Shown here in pieces: positions 17,088 to 25,238 of a stretch of 59,896 nucleotides of DNA. The position numbers were made by a program, and so were the translations under genes. The DNA is from Acidimicrobiia bacterium. GTDB lineage: Bacteria > Actinomycetota > Acidimicrobiia > Spongiisociales > JAENVV01. The stretch's first letter is position 1. Each line of letters opens with the position of its first letter. The notes beneath the pieces were generated by a model. That model was not told where the DNA came from and made no database searches. It was given only the letters and a program-made list of their open reading frames with translations. Location: the NCBI GenBank assembly GCA_016650365.1, contig JAENVV010000042.1:1-59896 (forward strand), given 5' to 3'.

Positions 17088-18935
17088 ATGACTCCGTTAG
17101 CGGCGATCTTTGAAGACCCTCTTAATGCACTGGCCGGTGTGGTAATTCTCGCCGTGGCCGCTGCATACATTGCCTCCCGACTCAACATTCCGTCGATCGT
17201 GGCTTTGCTCGCAACCGGAGTCATCGTGGGTCCCGGCCTGCTGCTCATCGATCCCGACGCAATGGCAGGCGATCTCTTGACGCCATTCGTGTCGCTGGCG
17301 GTGGGCCTCATCCTGTTCGAGGGCGGGCTAAGCCTTCGACTCCACGAAGCGAGGCGCAATCCACTGGTGCTCTGGCTACTCGTCACAGTCGGTGTGCTCA
17401 TCACCTGGTTGATCGGAAGCGTCTCGGCCAGCTTGTTCCTCGGCGTGCCACGGTCTATAGCCGTCTTGCTCGGAGCCATTCTGATCGTATCCGGCCCGAC
17501 TGTCATCGGCCCGATCCTCCATCACGTCCGCCCGACCCGCACGGTGACCTCCATCCTCAAATGGGAGAGCATCGTCATCGACCCCATCGGAGCGATGCTG
17601 GCGGCCCTCACGTTTGAGATCATCCTGTTGGGAGCCGAGCAGGCCCCGGGCCAGCTGGTTACCGGTGCGCTCCTGTTCATCGGCGCAGGACTTGGCGCGG
17701 GTCTTGTCGTCGCGCTTCCGACCGGCTTCGTGATCCAACGGCACCTGGTACCTGAGCGGCTCGTGCCATTGGTTGGCATGTCGGCGGCGCTGCTCGCTTT
17801 CGCCGTTGCCCATGCCTTTGCTCCCGAGTCGGGGCTACTTGCCACACCCGTTCTCGGATTTGTTCTCGCCAATAATTCGAAGGTCCGCACCGAGCCACTC
17901 ATCGACTTCTCCGAGAAGCTTCAGCTGCTCCTTGTCGGAATCCTCTTTATCCTTTTGAGTGCCCGCCTCAGTCGCGATCAGCTTGGCTCGATCTCGTGGG
18001 GAGTAGGCGGCGTCATCGCCGTGCTGGTCCTCGTAGCCCGCCCGATCAGTGTGGCTGTCGCCACGTGGCGGTCCGGATTGACCAAGGCGGAACGCATCTT
18101 CTTGGCCTCTGTCGCCCCGCGGGGAATTGTGGCGGCTGCCGTGGCCTCAGTCTTCGCCCTGGAGCTCGAGCATGCCGGCGTAGCCGGCGCCGAACTGCTC
18201 ACCCCGGTGACGTTCGCCGTCATCGTCGGGACCGTCATCGTTTATGGCTTCGGCGCCGGGCCTATCGCCCACCGTTTCGGGTTGGCAGAAAAATCGAGCC
18301 AGGGTGTTCTCATCCTTGGGGCAGGCCCTGTAGAAGAGGCGATCGGGCGCAGCCTGTTCGAGCTCGAGATCCCGGTTCTGTTCTCGTCAACCAACCACGG
18401 TGATGAGGCACGACTCAGACAGCAAGGCTTCCGGACCTACTACGGCAACCTGATCGGACACGAGCTTCCGTGGGATCTGGAAATGTCAGGCCTCGGTCGC
18501 CTCCTCGCACTGACACCAAATGACGAGGTGAACACGCTGGCCGCTCGGAGTTTCGCCCAACTTTTCGGTGCGGCGGAGACCTACCAGTTGACCGCCGCCA
18601 GACCAGGACCCGGCCTCGAAAGCGTGGCCGCCGACATCGGCGGGCGCTCACTGTTTGATTCGGCACTGACATATGGCGAGCTTCGTGACCGCCTCAGGCG
18701 CGGCGTGAAGATTCGCCAAACGAGCCTCACCGAGAAATTCACGGTTGCCGACCTCAAAGCCCAGCTCGGCACGGACGGGCGCATGCTCTTTGTGGCTCGG
18801 GGCAAAAATTTGCTGATAGCCACCGACGAGCAGCGGCCGCCTCTGATCGACAAGACCCGGCTGGGAGACACGGTCCTATGGATCCCTTCCGAGGCGGCCC
18901 CGGCCGCCGAGCCACCGTCTGGTGGGGAGGATTGA
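17088..18935 (+). CDS. Cation/H+ antiporter (CPA1/NhaP-like) with C-terminal TrkA-like regulatory domains
   Basis: About 12 TM segments, then 'VLILGAGPVEEAIGRSL' Rossmann-like and TrkA-C-like segments. Confidence 0.85.
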   Translation: MTPLAAIFEDPLNALAGVVILAVAAAYIASRLNIPSIVALLATGVIVGPGLLLIDPDAMAGDLLTPFVSLAVGLILFEGGLSLRLHEARRNPLVLWLLVTVGVLITWLIGSVSASLFLGVPRSIAVLLGAILIVSGPTVIGPILHHVRPTRTVTSILKWESIVIDPIGAMLAALTFEIILLGAEQAPGQLVTGALLFIGAGLGAGLVVALPTGFVIQRHLVPERLVPLVGMSAALLAFAVAHAFAPESGLLATPVLGFVLANNSKVRTEPLIDFSEKLQLLLVGILFILLSARLSRDQLGSISWGVGGVIAVLVLVARPISVAVATWRSGLTKAERIFLASVAPRGIVAAAVASVFALELEHAGVAGAELLTPVTFAVIVGTVIVYGFGAGPIAHRFGLAEKSSQGVLILGAGPVEEAIGRSLFELEIPVLFSSTNHGDEARLRQQGFRTYYGNLIGHELPWDLEMSGLGRLLALTPNDEVNTLAARSFAQLFGAAETYQLTAARPGPGLESVAADIGGRSLFDSALTYGELRDRLRRGVKIRQTSLTEKFTVADLKAQLGTDGRMLFVARGKNLLIATDEQRPPLIDKTRLGDTVLWIPSEAAPAAEPPSGGED

Positions 18936-19687
18936 GGAACGGCGACCAAATCACCAGCACCCCCCGATGACCCACGGTTGCGAGAAGCATGCCGACCTGA
19001 TGGCCTGCACGTCCCCGCTAGCGTCTCAAGTTCCGGTTCGTCGAGCAAGTCACGAGCGTTGAAACGTTCGACTCTGAATCCAGCCTCTACTGGTCGATCG
19101 ACATAGTTAGGTCCGTACACACGAACGTGGTCCTTCTGGCCAAATCGCCTTAATCGTTCGACAGGGTCGGTCACCGTTGGGTCCTCAACCGTTGGGTTCT
19201 TGCCAATCGGCACATTCAAAATGGCCCATCCATCGTTCTTGAGAACTCGCCGGAATTCGGCCATGGCCTTCCGATCGTCGGCAACGTGTTCCAGCACGTG
19301 GCTGCAGTAGATCACATCAAAGATCTCGTCGGGATACCCGATGTCCGTGACATCCATCTTCTCCATCACACTGTCGTCGAGCAGATCGGCGGTCAGATAT
19401 CCCCCTCCAATCGCCCTGGAGAATATGGGGATGAAGGCCTTTTCGGGGGCGACATGCAGAAACCGCTTCGGCTTCCCGTCGAATAGATCGGTCATCTGTC
19501 GGAGAAAAAGAATCAAAAGCCGATGGCGTTCAAGAGCTCCACAATGAGGGCAGCGCGCATCGGTTCTGGCAACAACCCCGAACTCCAAGAACTCCCGTGA
19601 ACTCGTTTCGCACACTGCGCAGTAGCGCCTTGTCCCGAAATGCTTAAGACGCCTGCGCCATGCAGCAAAGACCGGGGCCGAATTCAT
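18581..19687 (-). CDS. Zn-ribbon + class I SAM-dependent methyltransferase; the 3' part of the ORF is probably not genuine
   Basis: 'CAVCETSS...CPHCGALERHRLL' zinc ribbon and 'FDVIYCSHVLEHVADD...LKNDGWAILNVP' methyltransferase core. The ORF then runs 355 nt antisense through the antiporter 3' end. Adding one G to the G6 run (18960-18965) gives a stop at 18951-18953. Confidence 0.65.
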   Translation of the reverse strand: MNSAPVFAAWRRRLKHFGTRRYCAVCETSSREFLEFGVVARTDARCPHCGALERHRLLILFLRQMTDLFDGKPKRFLHVAPEKAFIPIFSRAIGGGYLTADLLDDSVMEKMDVTDIGYPDEIFDVIYCSHVLEHVADDRKAMAEFRRVLKNDGWAILNVPIGKNPTVEDPTVTDPVERLRRFGQKDHVRVYGPNYVDRPVEAGFRVERFNARDLLDEPELETLAGTCRPSGRHASRNRGSSGGAGDLVAVPQSSPPDGGSAAGAASEGIHRTVSPSRVLSIRGGRCSSVAISKFLPRATKSMRPSVPSWALRSATVNFSVRLVWRIFTPRLRRSRSSPYVSAESNSERPPMSAATLSRPGPGLAAVNW

Positions 19688-19740
19688 CGGCAAAATATAC
19701 GGGCCCACTAAATCGGGCGTTGGCCAGTGAGTGTCTGTTC

Positions 19741-20622
19741 GTGAACAAGCCGAGCCTATCCTCGCCGGATGTTCAAAGCCGGTGGCAATTAGTGGGGGCG
19801 CTCTTCGGGTCGATCAGCGCCCTGCTCATTGGTTTTGCAGATCTGTTTGGTCGTCGGGTGGTCGGGGCTTCGAGTGCCACCACTGCGGCAGCAACCATGC
19901 AGTTTGTGGCCATCTTCTCGGCGCTCGGTTCGATGGTTCTCGTTGCGAGCTCGTTCGGGTGGCGAGACCTTGTCATCGGCGCACTTTCCGGTCTGGGAAT
20001 GGGGGCCGGCCTGGCGCTTTACTACGGCGGTATCGCTCGATCGTCTTCAACCGTGGTGGCTCCACTGGTAGGTGTCATGTCGGCGGTCATCCCCTACGGG
20101 TACACATTGGTGACCGGCGCCCGCCCGTCGCCCCTCGCCTTGGGCGGGGCGATCATCGCCTTTGCTGGATTGGCGATCATCACTGCCGGCAAGCCCAAGG
20201 GCCGGGCAGCCTTTGTCCGAACCGGGCTCACCTGGGGATTCGCCTCAGGACTCGGTTACGGCTTCGGGCTGAGTGTCATCATCGGAGCGTCCTCCGAAAG
20301 TGGGGCTTGGCCGGCCGTGAGCCAACGGGTCATTGCTTTCCTGCTCATGGTTGTCGTCGCACGCGGCGTGTCCGCACCGGTCATCCCTCCCAAGGGGGTG
20401 CGGCTCAGTGCGGTGACTGCAGGGGTATTCGCAGGACTCACGACCATATTCTTTCTCATCGGGGTCCAGACCGACGCGCCACCTGCCGTCGTGACAGCCT
20501 CCATGTTCCCCGCCGCCAGCGTGGCAATCGGCCGGTTCGTCTATCGGGATCCAGTGACCAGGATGCAGGCAGTTGGGATCGGAGTAGTCCTGCTCGGAGT
20601 CGCCGGCGTCGTCGGCGGCTAA
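19741..20622 (+). CDS. EamA/DMT family transporter
   Basis: 10 predicted TM segments rich in Gly/Ala. GTG 19741 preferred because ATG 19660 would overlap the divergent methyltransferase start. Confidence 0.7.
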   Translation: MNKPSLSSPDVQSRWQLVGALFGSISALLIGFADLFGRRVVGASSATTAAATMQFVAIFSALGSMVLVASSFGWRDLVIGALSGLGMGAGLALYYGGIARSSSTVVAPLVGVMSAVIPYGYTLVTGARPSPLALGGAIIAFAGLAIITAGKPKGRAAFVRTGLTWGFASGLGYGFGLSVIIGASSESGAWPAVSQRVIAFLLMVVVARGVSAPVIPPKGVRLSAVTAGVFAGLTTIFFLIGVQTDAPPAVVTASMFPAASVAIGRFVYRDPVTRMQAVGIGVVLLGVAGVVGG

Positions 20623-20739
20623 ACGCAACGCACACCAAGAACGGCCGAACCCTGCCCACGTGTTAAACAAACCTCCGGAAACTGCCCGCCATGATCTTTC
20701 GAAACTGCGTACATTTACAGAACGCGCATTGGGAGAACG

Positions 20740-22347
20740 ATGACCGCAACCGTCACGCCACCGAAACCGGACGGATCATCGCGGCGAGACGGTCACAGGC
20801 GCGGCGACACGGTTCCGGTGCTGCTGAGACCGTTCGTCCACTTCGTCGCCAAGATCCAGGCTCGGCTTGAGACAAAACTGCTGGCAGGCTTTCTTGGTAT
20901 ATCGGTACTCATGCTTGCCCTCGGAGTTGTCGGGTTGCTGGCAGTGAACCGCATGCACGATCAAGTCCAAGAAGTAGCCGCCCTTCATGAACAGTCAAAC
21001 AACGCCAACAAAATGCTGTACAGCATTACTTCTCAATCGCACTTTCGGACAATGGCCCTGCTGACTGGCGACCCGGTCTGGACCGAAAAAATCGTGACGG
21101 CCAAAGCCAACTTTCAAACGCTTCTCGACGAAACCGAGTCAAACGCCATCGGGGATCACCAGGCGTTATTTGATAGCCTCAGATCGATCAACGTGCGATA
21201 CAAGGCCGCCGGCGAGCGAGTCGGGGCGATTCAGCAGCAGGACACCCAGGAAGCAACTCTGGCCCACATTCAGTCGGAACACGAGATCAGCCACGACCTC
21301 GAAGACTCGCTCAATGCGTTCATCCGCGACACTGACAAGCTCGTAGAGGGGGTGCTTTTCGACTTCTCGGGCGACACACAATTCTTGACCGTGGCACTGG
21401 GAGCTTTCTCAGCCATGAGCCTTCTCGGGGCATTGGCAGTTGGGGCGATCATTTCCTGGACGGTCATCGGCCCGGTTCGCAAAATCGACGAAGCCCTCGA
21501 CACCCTTGCCAGCGGCGACTTCACCGCCCGCATCGACGTCCCCAATCGGGACGAGTTCGGCAAACTTTCGGAGAACGTCAACCGGGCCAGCGAACAGCTG
21601 GAAACGCTCTACGGACGACTTGAGACAGTCAACCGCGACCTCCAGACGACCGTGGATGAACAAGTGGCTTTGCTTGAGCACACCTCTTTGCTTCGCCGAT
21701 ACCTGTCACCTCAGGTGGCCGAAGCGATCGTCGCCGGCCGGAGCGGCATCGGAGAGTCCCGGCGGCAAGAACTCACCATCGTGTTCGCCGACGTCCGTGG
21801 GTTTACGGCGCTATCTGAGCAGTCTGAGCCTGAGGAAATGATCGGGAGTCTCAACCGGTTCCTAACCGCCATGACCGACGTGGTCTTCCGGTACGAGGGA
21901 ACGTTGGACAAGTACATCGGTGATGCGTTGATGATCTTCTTCAACGACCCCCTCCCCCAGGAGGACCATGCCGAACGGGCCGTACGCATGGCACTCGACA
22001 TGCAAAAGGAACTGGCGGAACTACGCGAGGAGATGGCCGACGCCGCTCTGACGAAGATCAGCGCCGGTATCGGTATTTCCACCGGGTTCGTGACGGTCGG
22101 CAACATCGGATCTCCCACTCGAATGGACTACACGGTGATGGGCAACCACGTTAACCTTGCATCGCGGCTGGCTGACGATGCCGGCCCCGGAGAAATCCTC
22201 GTCTCCGACCGCACTCTCGCATTGCTCCCGTCCGGACTCGTTACCGCCGAGTCAGCCGGGGAGCGTAACCTCAAAGGCGTCCAGCGCCCGATCACCTTGT
22301 ATCGGATCAGCGACCCGACGGACGTCTCGCAGGAGGTTGAGACCTAG
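20740..22347 (+). CDS. Membrane adenylate/guanylate cyclase with HAMP domain
   Basis: Two TM segments, HAMP 'IGPVRKIDEALDTLASGDFTARIDVPNRDEFGKLSENVN', cyclase 'LTIVFADVRGFTALSE ... GTLDKYIGDALMIFF'. Confidence 0.9.
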   Translation: MTATVTPPKPDGSSRRDGHRRGDTVPVLLRPFVHFVAKIQARLETKLLAGFLGISVLMLALGVVGLLAVNRMHDQVQEVAALHEQSNNANKMLYSITSQSHFRTMALLTGDPVWTEKIVTAKANFQTLLDETESNAIGDHQALFDSLRSINVRYKAAGERVGAIQQQDTQEATLAHIQSEHEISHDLEDSLNAFIRDTDKLVEGVLFDFSGDTQFLTVALGAFSAMSLLGALAVGAIISWTVIGPVRKIDEALDTLASGDFTARIDVPNRDEFGKLSENVNRASEQLETLYGRLETVNRDLQTTVDEQVALLEHTSLLRRYLSPQVAEAIVAGRSGIGESRRQELTIVFADVRGFTALSEQSEPEEMIGSLNRFLTAMTDVVFRYEGTLDKYIGDALMIFFNDPLPQEDHAERAVRMALDMQKELAELREEMADAALTKISAGIGISTGFVTVGNIGSPTRMDYTVMGNHVNLASRLADDAGPGEILVSDRTLALLPSGLVTAESAGERNLKGVQRPITLYRISDPTDVSQEVET

Positions 22348-22394
22348 GCCACCCGACTGGAGAACACGGCCAAGCTCTCACACAGCGCGCCGGT

Positions 22395-23483
22395 TCACCG
22401 AGGCAAAGAGAGCGAGACCCTTGTACCCGAGGGACCAGTACTGACGATCTCCAGGTCACCACCGTGTGCCGTGACGAAGCTCCGCGCAATCGAGAGGCCA
22501 AGGCCGCTGCCGCCGGAATCGTCGGATTTGGTGAAGCGATCGAATACATGCGGCAAGAGCTCAGGGCTGATGCCGGCTCCGGTGTCAGTGACGTCGACAG
22601 TCATCCGCACGGGTTCGACGTGCAGTTCAATGGTGAGCGTGCCACCGGAAGGCATCGCTCGGAGCGCATTGACCACCAGGTTGGTGAGTGCCTGACGGAT
22701 CCGGACCGGATCGAGCTCGACCGGAGGCGGGCCGTCCGGGGCGGCAACCAAAATCTCGACCCCGGAGGCGGCGGCCGTTGGTCGATAAGAGGACGCCACC
22801 TCGTTAACGATCGACAGCAAATCACCAAGTTCGGTCTGCAGCTCCAGCTTGCCAGCCTCCGACATCGACAAAACCCGTAAGTCCTCGATGAGGCGTTCCA
22901 TGACTGCCACCTCGTCGAGTAGCGATGCCATGTGTTCTGGTCCGCCATCCCTTACGCCGTCGATCACGGCTTCGATCTCGCCGCGGATGATTGCTAACGG
23001 GGTACGAAGTTCGTGTCCGAGGTCTGACATGAGGCGGCGGCGCTGTTCGTCGGCTGTTTCAAGGCGCTCGGCCATCGTGTTGAACGACGACCCCACCGCT
23101 CGCATGCTCGGCGACGACCGCACATCAGCCCGGGCGGAATAATCGCCATCGGCTAGTCGGCCGGCCGTGTCAATGAGCGAGCGGACCGGTCGCCAGGTCC
23201 GCCGAAAGATGCGCTTCATGATGTTCAAGCCGAAGAAGGCCAGGATCACGGTCCCCACCACGGTCGGCCACTTTGATCCCGCTGATACGCCGCTCATTAC
23301 CGTCGCAATAACCGTGCCAACCAGGACCGCCACGAATGTGATGAACGTAAGGAAGGCGATAGCGGCGCCAAGCATTTTGCGACCGGCGCCCGACCACGCC
23401 TCTTGCCCGGGTCCACCTTTCGGTGGCCATTGCTCCCCTTCTGGCCACCAATTGGGGCCGTGACCGTGTCTACGCATCGGCAT
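22395..23483 (-). CDS. Sensor histidine kinase
   Basis: TM + HAMP, H-box 'LGHELRTPLAIIRGE', N/G boxes 'VVNALRA...', 'DTGAGI', 'GGSGLGLSIA'. Confidence 0.9.
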   Translation of the reverse strand: MPMRRHGHGPNWWPEGEQWPPKGGPGQEAWSGAGRKMLGAAIAFLTFITFVAVLVGTVIATVMSGVSAGSKWPTVVGTVILAFFGLNIMKRIFRRTWRPVRSLIDTAGRLADGDYSARADVRSSPSMRAVGSSFNTMAERLETADEQRRRLMSDLGHELRTPLAIIRGEIEAVIDGVRDGGPEHMASLLDEVAVMERLIEDLRVLSMSEAGKLELQTELGDLLSIVNEVASSYRPTAAASGVEILVAAPDGPPPVELDPVRIRQALTNLVVNALRAMPSGGTLTIELHVEPVRMTVDVTDTGAGISPELLPHVFDRFTKSDDSGGSGLGLSIARSFVTAHGGDLEIVSTGPSGTRVSLSLPR

Positions 23484-24150
23484 ACTTGTATCCCACCCCG
23501 TAGACGGTCAGTAGATGCTTCGGATGGGTCGGGTCAGATTCAACCTTGCGACGAAGATTCTTGATGTGCGCATCGATGGCTCGCTCATACGACTCGAAGG
23601 CGACTCCATGAATGGCGTCGAGGAGTTGTGAGCGTGTGAACACCCGTCCTGGAGACCTGGCGAAATGCAGGAGCAGGTCGTACTCGGTCGGCGTGAGGTC
23701 GACCACCTCGTCGTCGATAATCACCGCTCGACGTGCCGTGTCAATGGACAGGCCGGGGGCTCGCACGATGTCGGGAGTTTCCACGGAGGCATCGACGCGC
23801 CGTAAGACCGCCCGGACTCGGGCCACCAGCTCCTTCGGGCTGAACGGCTTGACGAGATAGTCATCGGCACCGAGCTCGAGCCCGACGATTCGGTCGGACT
23901 CGTCGGCGCGGGCGGTGAGCATGATGATGGGGACGTCAGACGTTGTACGCAGTGCCCGGGTGACGTCAAGGCCGTCTAATCCGGGCAACCCGAGGTCGAG
24001 CACGATCATGTCAGGGTGCTCCCGCCTGGCGACTGCCAGGGCCGACGGCCCATCGGCTGCAGTCAGCACACTGAAGCCCGCCTGCTGCAAGTAATCGCGC
24101 AACAGGCGGGTGATCTTCAGTTCGTCATCTACGACGAGGATAGTCTTCAT
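23470..24150 (-). CDS. OmpR-family response regulator
   Basis: Receiver 'ILVVDDE...DMIVLDLGLPGLDG' and winged-helix 'LTPTEYDLLLHFARSPGRVFTRSQLL'. Confidence 0.92.
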   Translation of the reverse strand: MKTILVVDDELKITRLLRDYLQQAGFSVLTAADGPSALAVARREHPDMIVLDLGLPGLDGLDVTRALRTTSDVPIIMLTARADESDRIVGLELGADDYLVKPFSPKELVARVRAVLRRVDASVETPDIVRAPGLSIDTARRAVIIDDEVVDLTPTEYDLLLHFARSPGRVFTRSQLLDAIHGVAFESYERAIDAHIKNLRRKVESDPTHPKHLLTVYGVGYKYADA

Positions 24151-24167
24151 AAGGGCATTCTCGCCGA

Positions 24168-24545
24168 TCAGTCCTCGACGGGCGGGACGTGATCGTCAAC
24201 TTCCTCCCGGGCATGGGCCATCCGGTGCCATTCCTCGAACCGATCAGTGGATGATCGGGGTTCATCACCTGCAGTTGCTTCATGGCGCTTTTGCCAGTGC
24301 TGGCGGGCTTCTTCGGACCAAGGTCCTGTCGCCTTTTCCCAACGGCGATGACCACCGAAGGCCTTGGCGATGAAGCCGAACAGCAGGAAAAAGAACAGGA
24401 TCTTGAATATCAGACCGAACACCAGGAACGGGGCTGCCAACCAACCGGCCGTAGCGGCCGAACCGCCAGACAATGTGGCACCAAGCAAAACACCCAGCCC
24501 CACCAGGATCAATATCCCGAATGGGCTCCTTCGCATAACAGTCAT
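24168..24545 (-). CDS. Small two-TM membrane protein with His/Trp/Glu-rich tail, first gene of the two-component operon
   Basis: Two hydrophobic segments, then 'GGHRRWEKATGPWSEEARQHWQKRHE...FEEWHRMAHAREE'. 17 nt upstream of the response regulator gene. Confidence 0.55.
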   Translation of the reverse strand: MTVMRRSPFGILILVGLGVLLGATLSGGSAATAGWLAAPFLVFGLIFKILFFFLLFGFIAKAFGGHRRWEKATGPWSEEARQHWQKRHEATAGDEPRSSTDRFEEWHRMAHAREEVDDHVPPVED

Positions 24546-24710
24546 CGAAATCTCCTTTCATCTGATTCGATAGACACAGCATGTCGATCAAATGTGGAGA
24601 TCCGATGAACGCGGTGCGGAGATGGGGTGGAGGTTTGGTCGCCTTGAGGAAACGCCAACTGCCCCACTTCCGGGATAGACCACCAGGGTGGCGTTGAGCG
24701 TCGTACTGTC

Positions 24711-25238
24711 ATGCGCACAAGGAGTGACGTGAACCGGACGGACTCAGATCCGCAACCCATTGTCCTCGCGTTCGAGCCTTTCTACCGCGAGCACAATCCG
24801 GCCGTGGTCGGTCTGGTGTACACACTCAGCGGGAGCCGGAACGGCGCCGAGGACATCGCCCAGGAGGCGTTCCTCCGGGCGCACCGTAATTGGGACGAGG
24901 TCGCCCGCTATGACCGCCCCGGAGGTTGGGTCAGGGTGGTCGCCATGAACCTCGGTCGATCCCGGATCCGACGTCTCGGAGCCGAGGCCCGGGCTCTGGC
25001 CCGCTTCGCCGGGATGAACGTCAGTGCTTTCCCCGAATTGGAACCACATAACGAGAAGTTCTGGGCGGCGGTTCGATCCCTCCCCCGCCGCCAGCGTGAA
25101 GTCGTGGCGTTCCACTACCTGGAGGACATGGCCACGGCCGACATCGCCGCTCTGCTGGGAATCACTCAGAGCACCGTCAAGAACTCGCTCGCTCAGGCCA
25201 GGGTATCGCTCGCTAAAACGCTGGAGATGGTGTTATGA
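24711..25238 (+). CDS. ECF-type RNA polymerase sigma factor
   Basis: Region 2 'AEDIAQEAFLRAHRNWDEV' and region 4 'LPRRQREVVAFHYLEDMATADIAALLGITQSTVKNSL'. An alternative GTG start at 24729 follows AAGGAG. Confidence 0.85.
   Translation: MRTRSDVNRTDSDPQPIVLAFEPFYREHNPAVVGLVYTLSGSRNGAEDIAQEAFLRAHRNWDEVARYDRPGGWVRVVAMNLGRSRIRRLGAEARALARFAGMNVSAFPELEPHNEKFWAAVRSLPRRQREVVAFHYLEDMATADIAALLGITQSTVKNSLAQARVSLAKTLEMVL

Noticed and set aside
19731-20666. 311-aa alternative-frame ORF inside the EamA transporter gene
   Set aside because: The translation is extremely Arg-rich, while the overlapping frame gives a regular 10-TM transporter.
24546-24710. ECF-type autoregulatory promoter upstream of the sigma gene (GGAAAC-N17-CGGGAT around 24650-24680)
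   Set aside because: The match to known ECF -35/-10 patterns is too weak to support without a transcription start or a second example.
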